A stretch of DNA of 64,000 bases from Candidatus Latescibacterota bacterium (GTDB taxonomy: Bacteria; Latescibacterota; UBA2968). Position numbers and translations under genes: made by a program. Shown here one piece after another: positions 1-9,716 of this stretch. Where the stretch lies: the NCBI GenBank assembly GCA_965222605.1, contig OZ244960.1:4928001-4992000 (forward strand), in the 5' to 3' direction. The notes under the pieces are model-generated. The model did no database searches and was not told where the DNA came from. It worked only from the letters and a program-made list of their open reading frames with translations. Each line of letters starts with the position of its first letter. Within the stretch, counting starts at the first letter, position 1.

Positions 1-368
1 CCACGTTTAGAAATATGCACACAGCTCTGGTGAAGTTTTCGTCTGGCGCGACAGGTGTGTTGCAAAATTGTTATATGATGGGACGGCGAATGTTCACGGT
101 AGAGGTGCATTCAACAGGGATTTCGATGTTTGGCGACCCCGAAGAGGGAGGGCAGGTATTTGCAGATGGCAAAGTCGAGCCTGTGCGTGCGCTCGATCCA
201 TGGACGTTGAGCGAAAGTAAGGAGCCACATGTCGCTTTTGGGGTTTATGCCCTCAACCGCCACTTTATCGATTGTGTAAAAACGGGCCAACAACCCGAAA
301 CAAATTTTGAAGATGCGGCAAAATCTATGGAATTGGTCGATTCGATTTACGATTCGCAAATCGGGTGA
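1..368 (+). CDS. Gfo/Idh/MocA family oxidoreductase, C-terminal part (5' truncated by window edge)
   Basis: C-terminus HFIDCVKTGQQPETNFEDAAKSMELVDSIY is typical of Gfo/Idh/MocA. Confidence 0.75.
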   Translation, partial: TFRNMHTALVKFSSGATGVLQNCYMMGRRMFTVEVHSTGISMFGDPEEGGQVFADGKVEPVRALDPWTLSESKEPHVAFGVYALNRHFIDCVKTGQQPETNFEDAAKSMELVDSIYDSQIG

Positions 369-379
369 GATGCGATTAT

Positions 380-424
380 AAAACAGAAAAGGCGGGATGC
401 GATAGATCCCGCCTTTTCTGTTTT
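380..424. terminator. Bidirectional intrinsic terminator
   Basis: aaaacagaaaaggcgggat-N7-atcccgccttttctgtttt inverted repeat between convergent genes. Confidence 0.85.
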
Positions 425-1023
425 TACAACAGATGTCCATTTCCGCGTGTTCGACGTTTTACTTCGCGCAGGGTGACGAGAGACTTTTCGAGTGCATTGG
501 ACACGGTTTTGAGGCGTTCGTTGGGTGAAGTGCTTTCCAGAAGTACTTGCTGTTCGTCGAGGGATAAGGTGAGATTTGCTGCGAGGATGTATGAGAGTAC
601 ACCCAGTTCCATGGCGGGTATTGGGGGTGATATCCAGCCGGATGAGAGCTTCAGGGCTTCGGAATAGAGTTTTTTGGCGCGGTTCCCCAAAGCAATATCA
701 AAGGCTTCGTCATCGTCTTCTACTTTTTCCACGAAGCCCGATATATACGGATGGATATCGTATTGCTGAAGAACGCGAAAGCGTCGCGTTCCTTCAATCA
801 AGATATTCATTCGGCCATCGGGAAATCGATTGAGCAGGCCGACAACACGCGCCGCGCATCCGATGTCATTAAAGTTGTCGTCTGTACCCCATACAAGACC
901 AAATTCGGTGTCGTTGTCAAGACATTCACCGATCATTTGCTTGTATCTCTCTTCGAAGATATGCAAGGGAACACGCCGGTGTGGCAGCAGCACCATGTCG
1001 AGGGGGAAGAGGGGAAGTTCCAT
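424..1023 (-). CDS. LON peptidase substrate-binding (N-terminal) domain protein
   Basis: LPLFPL..VLLP...PLHIFEERYKQMI and DGRMNILIEGTRRFRV motifs; no ATPase or protease domain. Confidence 0.9.
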   Translation of the reverse strand: MELPLFPLDMVLLPHRRVPLHIFEERYKQMIGECLDNDTEFGLVWGTDDNFNDIGCAARVVGLLNRFPDGRMNILIEGTRRFRVLQQYDIHPYISGFVEKVEDDDEAFDIALGNRAKKLYSEALKLSSGWISPPIPAMELGVLSYILAANLTLSLDEQQVLLESTSPNERLKTVSNALEKSLVTLREVKRRTRGNGHLL

Positions 1024-1027
1024 TGGA

Positions 1028-1927
1028 TCAGGAGGCGGATTTTTGAACGCTGTTTAAGAGAATATCGAGCAATTTTTGGGTGGCGATTGACAAGCTGCGT
1101 CCTTTGCGAAAGAGGATGCCCAGCGGTCGATCAAAATCTTGATCTACAAAGTGCAGATACGCAAGGGTTTTGCGAGCGAGTTCTTGCTCAATAGAATTGA
1201 GTGGCAAAATAGAGATACCAATATCGACTTCTATGGCGTGTTTGATAGTGGCTATATGGTCGAGTTCCATGACGATATTGGGGCGTATTTTGTATTTTTT
1301 TAAGAACTGATCAATGGCACGCCGAGTTGGGGTTTCGGGGGTGAAGAGAACCAGAGGAAATTTGTTGAGTTCTTGTGGCAAGAATGCGTTGCGAGAGGCC
1401 AATTCATGATCGGGATGCATGGCTATGACCATCTTGTCTTGCGTGAAGGGCATCACATCTACATTGCGTTGGGTGCGTGGATGCGGCACAATGCCCAAAT
1501 CGACTTCGCCATTGGCAACATCGTCATAAATTTTATTTACCTGATCGTATTGGAGACGGAAATTAACCCGGGGATAGGCTTTGAGGTAGGTTTTGAGAAA
1601 GGGCGTGAGTTCGAGCATTCCCACGCTGTAAATAGATGCCAGACGAACAGTTCCCGAAACCACCCCGCCCAGAGCCTGGATGCGGTGTTCCATTTCTTCG
1701 TAGCGCCGGACAATGTCTCGGGCATAGGTGTAAAAAATTTCGCCTTCTGCAGTGAGTGTCAGACGTCTTTTTTCAACCCGCTCAATGAGTTGTTTTCCCT
1801 GGCGTTTTTCAATGCTTTTGAGTTGCTGGCTTACCGCGGATTGGGTAACGGAATTAAGGACAGCTGTTTTGGAAAAACTTTGCGTTTCAATGAGGTCACA
1901 GAAAACTTTCAAACTTGTAATCAGCAA
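1028..1927 (-). CDS. LysR family transcriptional regulator
   Basis: N-terminal HTH SFSKTA..NSVTQSAVSQQLK plus LysR substrate-binding domain; TTG start. Confidence 0.93.
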   Translation of the reverse strand: MLITSLKVFCDLIETQSFSKTAVLNSVTQSAVSQQLKSIEKRQGKQLIERVEKRRLTLTAEGEIFYTYARDIVRRYEEMEHRIQALGGVVSGTVRLASIYSVGMLELTPFLKTYLKAYPRVNFRLQYDQVNKIYDDVANGEVDLGIVPHPRTQRNVDVMPFTQDKMVIAMHPDHELASRNAFLPQELNKFPLVLFTPETPTRRAIDQFLKKYKIRPNIVMELDHIATIKHAIEVDIGISILPLNSIEQELARKTLAYLHFVDQDFDRPLGILFRKGRSLSIATQKLLDILLNSVQKSAS

Positions 1928-1996
1928 GGGGCTTTCTCCGTATGTTAAAATTATAAGAGGATATGAAATTGTGAGAGGGGGTAAATTAGGGCGACA

Positions 1997-2025
1997 AATC
2001 TATAAGAAAATCGAAACTATGTCAA
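1997..2025 (-). promoter_or_regulatory. sigma70-type promoter for lysR
   Basis: TTGACA-17nt-TAGATT on minus strand. Confidence 0.55.
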
Positions 2026-2135
2026 TAGAAAAACTGGTTGTGAAAAATTGTGCCCATTTTGATACAGCCTGCAGAAACAATCGGAGTAAGATTTTGGTAA
2101 AGCTGATTGCCAAAACGCCAATTTTGGATTTGCTC

Positions 2136-2164
2136 TTGTAAAAAACGCCAGAACATCTTATACT
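2136..2164 (+). promoter_or_regulatory. sigma70-type promoter for accD-aroQ
   Basis: TTGTAA-17nt-TATACT about 30 nt upstream of the GGAG/ATG. Confidence 0.5.
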
Positions 2165-2195
2165 TCAATTCGTTATCGCTATATGGAGATCGCTT

Positions 2196-3065
2196 ATGAA
2201 TTGGTTTAACAAGCTCAAATCTGGCATTCAGACGCTTGTGCGCAAGCGTCTGCCCGAAAATATTTGGGTCAAGTGCGAGCGATGTGAGCAAATGGTTTAC
2301 CGAAAGAAACTCGAGCAAAATACAGGTATTTGCCCGCATTGCAAACATCACTTTCGCATATCCAGTGCCGAGTATATCGCCGCTGTGCTCGATAGAGATT
2401 CGTTTGAAGAAATAGGTCAGGAAGTCAAATCGGCTGATCCGCTCTCATTTATCGATCTACAGCCCTACCCCGATCGACTCAAGGAATATCGCAAACGCAC
2501 GAATATGGATGCTGCTGTGCTGGCTGGTGTGGGTAAGATCAATGGTGCATCTGTGGGCATTGCTGTGCATGAATTTGGTTTTATGGGCGGGTCGCTCGGT
2601 TCGGCTGAAGGAGAGCGAATATGTCGGGTGATTGACCGATGTATGCGCGATCAATTGCCGCTAATTATTGTGTGTCGGTCCGGTGGCGCGCGTATGCAAG
2701 AGAGCATTTTTTCGCTGATGCAAATGGCGAAAGTCAATGCCAGGTTGTCGCAATTTTCAGATGCGGGACTTCTGTATATTTCTGTTCTGATAGATCCCAC
2801 AACAGCCGGTGTAAACGCCAGTTATGCGTCGATTGGCGATATCAATATCGCCGAGCCAAATGCGCTGATCGGGTTTACGGGATCGCGTATTACGGGGTCT
2901 TCTGTGAGTGCCTCTGAGATGGAAGCCCTGCGCCAGGCACAGCGCGCGGAGCAAGTACTCGAACACGGTTTTGTCGATATGATTGTTTCTCGAGATAAAA
3001 TGAAAGCCACCCTGTCTCAGTTGATTGAGATGTTGAGTAAAAAACCCCCCGAGGTTAATTCATGA
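2196..3065 (+). CDS. accD: Acetyl-CoA carboxylase carboxyltransferase beta subunit
   Basis: Zn finger WVKCERC...CPHC; FMGGSLG; SGGARMQES. Confidence 0.97.
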   Translation: MNWFNKLKSGIQTLVRKRLPENIWVKCERCEQMVYRKKLEQNTGICPHCKHHFRISSAEYIAAVLDRDSFEEIGQEVKSADPLSFIDLQPYPDRLKEYRKRTNMDAAVLAGVGKINGASVGIAVHEFGFMGGSLGSAEGERICRVIDRCMRDQLPLIIVCRSGGARMQESIFSLMQMAKVNARLSQFSDAGLLYISVLIDPTTAGVNASYASIGDINIAEPNALIGFTGSRITGSSVSASEMEALRQAQRAEQVLEHGFVDMIVSRDKMKATLSQLIEMLSKKPPEVNS

Positions 3066-3508
3066 AGATTCTCGTTTTACAAGGTCCCAATATCAACATG
3101 CTGGGGCGGCGCAAAGCAGAGCACTACGGTACTGTGACAATGGACGAGATTCATGCGCATCTCGAACAAAAGGCAGATGAACTGGATTGCGAGATTGCGT
3201 GTTTTCATTCGAATTGCGAGGGGACACTTGTTGAAAAGGTGCAGGAGATGCGCGATTCTGTAGATGGTATTCTTATGAATCCCGCAGGGCTGACGACAAC
3301 AAGTGTATCGCTGCGGGACGCGCTTGAAGATGCGGGTTTACCACTGGTTGAAATTCATCTGTCCAATATCCACGCGCGAGAAACATGGCGGCGGCATTCT
3401 CTGTTTTCAGAAATTGCAGTGGGCATTATTGCCGGATTCAGATGGCGTGGCTATGTGTCGGCACTTGAGATGCTGATAGAGATGTTGCGAGAGCAATCGG
3501 AAGTGTGA
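3062..3508 (+). CDS. aroQ: Type II 3-dehydroquinate dehydratase
   Basis: GPNINMLGRR..HYG; NPAG; EIHLSNIHARE. Confidence 0.97.
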   Translation: MKILVLQGPNINMLGRRKAEHYGTVTMDEIHAHLEQKADELDCEIACFHSNCEGTLVEKVQEMRDSVDGILMNPAGLTTTSVSLRDALEDAGLPLVEIHLSNIHARETWRRHSLFSEIAVGIIAGFRWRGYVSALEMLIEMLREQSEV

Positions 3509-3569
3509 GAGGAATTTGCGAGATTTAGAATTACTGTTTTGACTGTTCTGCATTTTTGCCACAGACTTT

Positions 3570-3594
3570 ACGCCCTGAATCACGGGCGTTTTTT
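3570..3594 (+). terminator. Intrinsic terminator
   Basis: acgccc-N8-gggcgt followed by a T run. Confidence 0.65.
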
Positions 3595-3650
3595 GTTGGC
3601 ATTGACGTCAAGGCATGGATTTGGCGTTGGTGGGCTGGGAGGCTGACAGC

Positions 3651-4379
3651 TCAAGTTCGATAGAGGTCGAATGTCTCAATAAATTGGGCAATTGTTTCTG
3701 GCACGAGGTCTGTGATGGGATCTCCTGCGCGGATGCGCTTGCGTACCTCGGTAGAGGAGATGTTGCCAAAGGATGGAGGCAGTTGCAGAGGGTGTACGCG
3801 GCTGGCAAAAGGCGCGCATTCGGGGCGAGCCATAAATCTGTGGAAGACTTCCCGCGAAGGGTTTTCGCGGTTGGCAGATACAATGTGGCAAAGTGAAAAT
3901 AGCACTTTGAGTTCGGCGGGCATGTCGATGTAATAGCGGGGATCGAAGATGCGTATCAAGGTGTCGTGGCCGACGAGAAAGTAGATCTGGGTGTCGGGTG
4001 AAAACTGTGCTCTGAGTGCGTGTGCTTTGTCGATAAAGCGGGCATGGCTGCATCCCGCAATTGACAGGTAGGTGCCCAATTGGGTATTAGAATCCGCGTA
4101 ATTGACCATCATGGCGAGGCGCTGGCCCAGGTCTGCACCAAAGAGGGCTTTATCGACATTGGTTTTGGCGAGGAGAAGGACGATTTCGTCAAAACCAAAA
4201 GTATCTTGTGCATGGTTTACAAGTGCCTCATGGGCAAGGGTGAGGGGATTGAAGGATGCATCGAGTACCCCAATATGTTTCGGTTGCTGGGATGCAGCTC
4301 GATATGCAAATTGTACCACAGGGGGACTTTGGGAGTCGAGGCTATCCATGAGGATGCGGTAGTTTTCAAGGGGGGGCAT
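3651..4379 (-). CDS. Nicotinamide/nicotinate mononucleotide adenylyltransferase-like (Pof1/NadD-like)
   Basis: DASFNPLTLAH (HxGH-like); NVDK; GHDTLIRIFDPRYY; ISSTEVR. Confidence 0.85.
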   Translation of the reverse strand: MPPLENYRILMDSLDSQSPPVVQFAYRAASQQPKHIGVLDASFNPLTLAHEALVNHAQDTFGFDEIVLLLAKTNVDKALFGADLGQRLAMMVNYADSNTQLGTYLSIAGCSHARFIDKAHALRAQFSPDTQIYFLVGHDTLIRIFDPRYYIDMPAELKVLFSLCHIVSANRENPSREVFHRFMARPECAPFASRVHPLQLPPSFGNISSTEVRKRIRAGDPITDLVPETIAQFIETFDLYRT

Positions 4380-4508
4380 AGTGAAAGAAATTTATGTTAG
4401 AGGCAGGTGCGGGGCAAGGAGAAATAGCGATTAATCCAAACTATTCCCAAAATTAGTTATTGGCGGTGGGGAATGGTCAACCTGGCGGAGCGCGCGAGGA
4501 TATCACAA

Positions 4509-5261
4509 ATGATTTATCGACTGTTTTTTATGGCACTTGTCATCCTGTTTGCCAATTCCGTTGTGCTATTGGCATCCGAGCAGGATGTAGAAACTATTGT
4601 GAGAAAAATTGATGCGCTCTACCGCAGCGCGACCAGCATGGCGGATATGGAGATGCAGATTGTTACGCCGCACTGGGAACGCACGCTATCGATGAGGGTG
4701 TGGACGAAGGGGATGGATAAGACCTTCATCCGCATTGACGCGCCCAAAAAGGAAAAGGGCGTTACAACGCTGCGCATCGGCAACGAGATGTGGAACTATC
4801 TTCCAAAGACCAACAAGGTGATAAAGGTTCCGCCGTCGATGATGATGGGGTCGTGGATGGGGTCGGATTTTACGAATGATGACCTCGTCAAAGAGTCGTC
4901 GATGCTCAGTGATTATACCTACGAGATGATTGCGCCGTCTGACGCGAAACCGGATCATCTTTACATCCAGTTCATTCCAAAGGAAGATTCTCCGATTGTT
5001 TGGGGCAAGCTCATCACGGCTGTGCGGGCAGATGATCTGATTCCGGTGTGGCAACATTTCTATGACGAGAAGGACAATTTGATGCGGGTCTTGAATTTCA
5101 AGGAAATTGTGTCGTTTGGCGGCAAGACGATTCCATCTCTGATGGAGATGGTGCCACAGAACAAGGATAGGCACAAAACGGTTATGCGTTATCTCAAGGC
5201 CGAGTTTGATGTGCCGATTGATGACGGTGTGTTCACGCGGCGCAATCTTCAGAGGAAATGA
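4509..5261 (+). CDS. Outer membrane lipoprotein-sorting protein (LolA-like)
   Basis: Signal peptide; EMWNYLP and SWMGSDFTNDDL motifs; start 4473 or 4509. Confidence 0.85.
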   Translation: MIYRLFFMALVILFANSVVLLASEQDVETIVRKIDALYRSATSMADMEMQIVTPHWERTLSMRVWTKGMDKTFIRIDAPKKEKGVTTLRIGNEMWNYLPKTNKVIKVPPSMMMGSWMGSDFTNDDLVKESSMLSDYTYEMIAPSDAKPDHLYIQFIPKEDSPIVWGKLITAVRADDLIPVWQHFYDEKDNLMRVLNFKEIVSFGGKTIPSLMEMVPQNKDRHKTVMRYLKAEFDVPIDDGVFTRRNLQRK

Positions 5262-6475
5262 CGATGATCAAGATAGCTTTTCGCAATATCTTTCGCCAAA
5301 AGCGTCGCACCGTGTTGACTGCGCTTGCAATGATCGTAGGGTTCACGCTCTCGTCGGTCTTTATTGGCTGGTCAGATGGCGCGTATTCGGATATTATTTC
5401 AATGTTCACGCGGAATCGCATCGGGCATATTCAGGTGCATCGCGCGGGCTATCTCGACAAGCCATCGCTTTACGATGTGATCGACAGTTATGAATCCATT
5501 GGCGAGAAGATTGCCAGCGTTGAGGGCGTTGAGACGTGGACGCCGCGCATCTATTCGGCGGGGCTCGGTTCGGTGGACGAGAAGACAATGGCGGTGCAAA
5601 TCATCGGCGTCGATGTGGGGCGCGAGGTGAACGCCACGCGGTTTGATCGGAAGATCACCAGTGGGGCGATGTTTTCAGATGCCGCCGCGCGCGAAGCGAT
5701 TCTCGGCAGTGGGTTGGCGCGTATTTTGAAGGCAGATATTGGTCGCGAAATTGTGCTCGTCACACAGGGCACGGATGGTGCTATCGCCAATGATTTGTAC
5801 ACGATTATAGGCATTGCAGAAAGCGGCGACAAAGCGACCGATCGGATGGCGTGCTATCTCCACATCGATGACGCGCAGGACTTGCTCGTGCTCGATGGGC
5901 GCGTTCATGAAATCGCCGTGATCGCCGAAGCATTGGATCGAGTCCCCAAAATCACCGCGGCGATTGAGGCGCGGCTCAACGACACGACACTCGAGGTGTC
6001 GCCGTGGCAGGTCGTCGCCAAATCGTTTTATCGCGCGATGCAGGCCGATAGACAGGGCGACCTCATCGGGCGCATGATTATTATGTTAATTGTCGCAATT
6101 GGCGTGTTGAACACTGTTCTGATGTCGGTGCTGGAGCGGACGCGGGAGTACGGCGTGTTGAAAGCAATGGGGACAAAACCGAGTCAGATCTTCGGAGTGG
6201 TGGTAGCTGAGGTGACGTTCATCGCGCTTGGCAGCATTGCCATTGGCGCGCTGTTCGGCGCGGGTCTCAATTACTTGCTGTCGATCTACGGTATCTCACT
6301 GCCACAAGAGTTCTCCTATGGCGGGATTGTGTTTCAGACGATGTACGCTGCGGTCACTGTGCGAAGCCTTGCAATTCCCGCAGTTACGGTCCTTGTTTCA
6401 GCGATTGCGGTCAGCCTGTTCCCCGCGCTGAGAGCGGCGCGAATTGCCCCGGCCAACGCGATGAGGACGCATTAG
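5258..6475 (+). CDS. ABC transporter permease (MacB/LolC/E-FtsX family)
   Basis: AFRNIFRQKRRT; LNTVLMSVLERTREYGVLKAMG. Confidence 0.92.
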   Translation: MTMIKIAFRNIFRQKRRTVLTALAMIVGFTLSSVFIGWSDGAYSDIISMFTRNRIGHIQVHRAGYLDKPSLYDVIDSYESIGEKIASVEGVETWTPRIYSAGLGSVDEKTMAVQIIGVDVGREVNATRFDRKITSGAMFSDAAAREAILGSGLARILKADIGREIVLVTQGTDGAIANDLYTIIGIAESGDKATDRMACYLHIDDAQDLLVLDGRVHEIAVIAEALDRVPKITAAIEARLNDTTLEVSPWQVVAKSFYRAMQADRQGDLIGRMIIMLIVAIGVLNTVLMSVLERTREYGVLKAMGTKPSQIFGVVVAEVTFIALGSIAIGALFGAGLNYLLSIYGISLPQEFSYGGIVFQTMYAAVTVRSLAIPAVTVLVSAIAVSLFPALRAARIAPANAMRTH

Positions 6476-6491
6476 GAAAACGGTTGATACT

Positions 6492-7721
6492 ATGTCCTGG
6501 ATACTGATAAAGCTCGCGTGGAAGAATATTTTGCGGCATAAACGCCGCTCCATAATTGCTGCGACAGCTATGGGAATCGGGCTTGCTGCACTTATCTTTG
6601 CCGATGCACTCTGGTTGGGGATGGAGCAAAACATGGTCAAAACGGCGACGGCATCATTTCTCGGAGATGGACAGATTCATCGAGAGGGGTTTTCCGACGA
6701 GCAAGCGATCGAGTTGACGATTAACCAACTCGATGCGGTTATTGCCAATCTTCGACGAGAAGATATCGTAGCGCACTTCACCTTGCGGACATTCGCCTTT
6801 GGCATGATAACCTCACCTGCAATTGTCGCGGCGGTCAATCTCGTGGGCGTCGAACCAGCCACCGAGCGGTATCTGTCTCAAATTGATGATGCGATCATTG
6901 AAGGCGCTTATTTTGAGGGATCAAATCCTCGGGACATCGTCATTGGCGAGGAACTTGTGGAACGTCTCGAGGTGGGGTTAAACGACAGGATTGTTGTGAC
7001 TGTAGCGCAAGCCGGGAGCGGCGATCTCTCGCAGGAGATGTTTCGCGTCTCTGGTATCTACCGTTTTGCCGATGAAGAGATGAACAGCGGCATGGCGTTC
7101 ATTCGGTTGGGAAAGGCGCAGCAGATGCTCGCACTCGGCGCGGATGTACACGAGATCGCGCTGAAGTTCATTGATTCGACATCAGCGGAGGATCAGAACC
7201 TGCCGTTTTGGAAAACCTATTCGCAAGGGGGAAACAAAGCGCGCAGTTGGACAGAGGTTTTGCCGGAGGTGCAAGCGATGTTCGAGATGTCGAAGTTCAG
7301 CAAGTACATTATGGGCGTTGTGTTGTTTGGCGTGGTTGTTTTTGGCATTGTCAATACGCTTTTTATGTCGCTTTACGAACGGATGTTTGAATTTGGCGTG
7401 TTGCGAGCAATTGGCACGCGGCCGTTTGGCATGGCGCGACTGATTCTGTTTGAGGCAGGGGCGTTGGCAATTTTGAGCATTATTTTAGGCACGATTTTTG
7501 CGTTCTGTGTCATTTTAATTTTTTCAACGATTGGCATTGACTATACGGGGATCGAGATGATGGGCATCACCATGCAGGAGTTGATCTATCCGGATATCCG
7601 TATCCAACCGTTCATTTTTTATTCCATCTGGATCTTTGTCTTCACACTCATCACGGGGCTGTACCCGGCGTGGTATGCAGCAAAGATGTCTGCGGCAACG
7701 GCGATGCGAAGAAGTTTCTGA
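6492..7721 (+). CDS. ABC transporter permease (MacB/LolC/E-FtsX family)
   Basis: AWKNILRHKRRS; VNTLFMSLYERMFEFGVLRAIG. Confidence 0.92.
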   Translation: MSWILIKLAWKNILRHKRRSIIAATAMGIGLAALIFADALWLGMEQNMVKTATASFLGDGQIHREGFSDEQAIELTINQLDAVIANLRREDIVAHFTLRTFAFGMITSPAIVAAVNLVGVEPATERYLSQIDDAIIEGAYFEGSNPRDIVIGEELVERLEVGLNDRIVVTVAQAGSGDLSQEMFRVSGIYRFADEEMNSGMAFIRLGKAQQMLALGADVHEIALKFIDSTSAEDQNLPFWKTYSQGGNKARSWTEVLPEVQAMFEMSKFSKYIMGVVLFGVVVFGIVNTLFMSLYERMFEFGVLRAIGTRPFGMARLILFEAGALAILSIILGTIFAFCVILIFSTIGIDYTGIEMMGITMQELIYPDIRIQPFIFYSIWIFVFTLITGLYPAWYAAKMSAATAMRRSF

Positions 7722-7732
7722 AGGAGATATCC

Positions 7733-8425
7733 GTGGTGCCTGTAATTGTGACAGAAGGAGTGACTAGAGTTTATTCGGGGGATGGCGTGCCCGTTCACGC
7801 CTTGCGCGGGATTGATTTGACCATTGAGCGCGGCGAATTTGCGGCGTTGGTTGGGCCGTCCGGGTCTGGGAAAACGACTTTTCTCAATATTATCTCCGGG
7901 CTGGATACACCAACGGACGGGAAGGTCTGGCTCAATGGCAAACTTTTGTCGCGCATGGGCGGTAACGCACTTTCGGATTTTCGGCGGGACAATATCGGAT
8001 TTATTTTTCAAGCGTACAATTTGATTCCGGTGCTGACCGTTGAAGAGAATATCGAATACATCATGCTCCTGCAAAAAGTGCCCAAATCTGAGCGGCACAA
8101 GCGCGTGCTGGCGATACTGGAAGAGGTGGGTCTGGGCGGGATGGCGAGTCGCATGCCGCCGCAACTTTCGGGTGGGCAGCAGCAGCGGGTCGCGATTGCG
8201 CGGGCTATGGTGTCTCAGCCGGCGATTATTCTGGCGGATGAACCGACAGCGAATCTCGATTCAAAGATCGGCGCAGATTTGCTCGATATGATGTATCGGC
8301 TCAATACGCAGACCGGGATGACATTTATTTTTTCGACACACGACCCGATGGTGATGGCGCGCGCAAGGCGGCTGATTATGTTGAAGGATGGACAGATTGA
8401 GCGCGATGAGGTGAGGTCGCCATGA
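7733..8425 (+). CDS. ABC transporter ATP-binding protein (LolD/MacB-like)
   Basis: GPSGSGKT; LSGGQQQRV; LADEPTANLD; GTG start after AAGGAG. Confidence 0.95.
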   Translation: MVPVIVTEGVTRVYSGDGVPVHALRGIDLTIERGEFAALVGPSGSGKTTFLNIISGLDTPTDGKVWLNGKLLSRMGGNALSDFRRDNIGFIFQAYNLIPVLTVEENIEYIMLLQKVPKSERHKRVLAILEEVGLGGMASRMPPQLSGGQQQRVAIARAMVSQPAIILADEPTANLDSKIGADLLDMMYRLNTQTGMTFIFSTHDPMVMARARRLIMLKDGQIERDEVRSP

Positions 8426-9606
8426 GATGGCTCGTTGGGCCAATGATTGTGCTTTTGCCACATGTCGGCATGGCTGCACAACTGAGCGGGTTTTACAAGA
8501 GTTTCTCCGTTGCCTTTGATTCGCCGCAGGCGGGGGATTCCGTGACTGGTATGATGAGTAATCGGTTGCGGCTCAATCTCGCCGATTCATTCAGGGAGCA
8601 TATATCGTTTGATCTCGCCTACGACTTTATCCTGCGTGTTCAGGATCCATCGCTGTTTGAGAATCAGGCGGAGGTCGTTACTCTCGATTCGCTCGATTAT
8701 CGCGTTGCCGATCTTGACTCGCCTATTTATCCCGGCGACAATGATCCCATCGGTAGCGTTGGCGTGTTTCAAAACCTCGACCGCGCCAATGTGACAGCGC
8801 GTTTGTCATTTGCAGATGTGATTGTCGGACGTCAGGCGATTGCGTGGGGAAGTGCGCGGGTTATCAATCCGACAGATGTGATCGCGCCGTTTACCTATAG
8901 CGAATTGGACGCGGAAGACCGCACCGGTGTCGATGCCGTGCGTGTGCGCGTCCCGATTGGCGCACTGGGCGAATTCGATGCGGGATATGTGTTTGGCAGA
9001 GACTTTGCGGCTGATCGGAGCGCGTTTTTTGCCCGCAGTCAATTTAATATGGCGGAAACCGATGTGTCGCCGCTGCTCATCCGATTCCGCGAGCAGTTGC
9101 TCGTTGGCATTGACGTCGCGCGTGGCATTGGGAGTATTGGTGCGTGGATAGAGGGTGCTCGCGTTTTCACGATGGAGCGTGCCGCGATTAGCGACTATTT
9201 TCGCGTATCTACGGGCATGGATTATAGCTTTGGTGGTGAGACTTATGGATTTATCGAATACCACTTCAACGGAGCGGGGGTGCGCGACCCTGAAGATTAT
9301 CTTGCCAACTTAAATCGCCCGACATATCGCGATGCTGCCGTCTATCTCATGGGCACCCACTACTTCGCGCTCGGCACCACCCATCAACTCTCGCCGCTGG
9401 TCGCGTTGAGCGGACAGTTTCTTGCGAATGTCACTGACCCGTCGTTCTTTTTTTTCTCTACTATCGAATATAATATCGCGCAGGATATCTATCTGTCTGC
9501 GGGCGCGTTTATCGGCGTTGGTGATCGCCCGAAAGGAGAGCATTTTCAATCCGAGTTCGGCGGGTATTCCAATATCCTGTTTTTTGCGTTCCGAATTTAC
9601 TACTGA
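8422..9606 (+). CDS. Putative outer-membrane beta-barrel protein linked to the ABC/LolA-like system
   Basis: Signal peptide; LDRA; GRQAIAWG..NPTD; alternating aromatic strands; C-terminal FRIYY. Confidence 0.7.
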   Translation: MRWLVGPMIVLLPHVGMAAQLSGFYKSFSVAFDSPQAGDSVTGMMSNRLRLNLADSFREHISFDLAYDFILRVQDPSLFENQAEVVTLDSLDYRVADLDSPIYPGDNDPIGSVGVFQNLDRANVTARLSFADVIVGRQAIAWGSARVINPTDVIAPFTYSELDAEDRTGVDAVRVRVPIGALGEFDAGYVFGRDFAADRSAFFARSQFNMAETDVSPLLIRFREQLLVGIDVARGIGSIGAWIEGARVFTMERAAISDYFRVSTGMDYSFGGETYGFIEYHFNGAGVRDPEDYLANLNRPTYRDAAVYLMGTHYFALGTTHQLSPLVALSGQFLANVTDPSFFFFSTIEYNIAQDIYLSAGAFIGVGDRPKGEHFQSEFGGYSNILFFAFRIYY

Positions 9607-9716
9607 TTGGCGCGATCCAGACTTGTATCATTTTTCTTGACTTCACCTTCACAACGCGTTTTCATATCAGCGCAGCCGAGATAATCGACAACAGTTTTTT
9701 ATCAGGAGGTAACACA

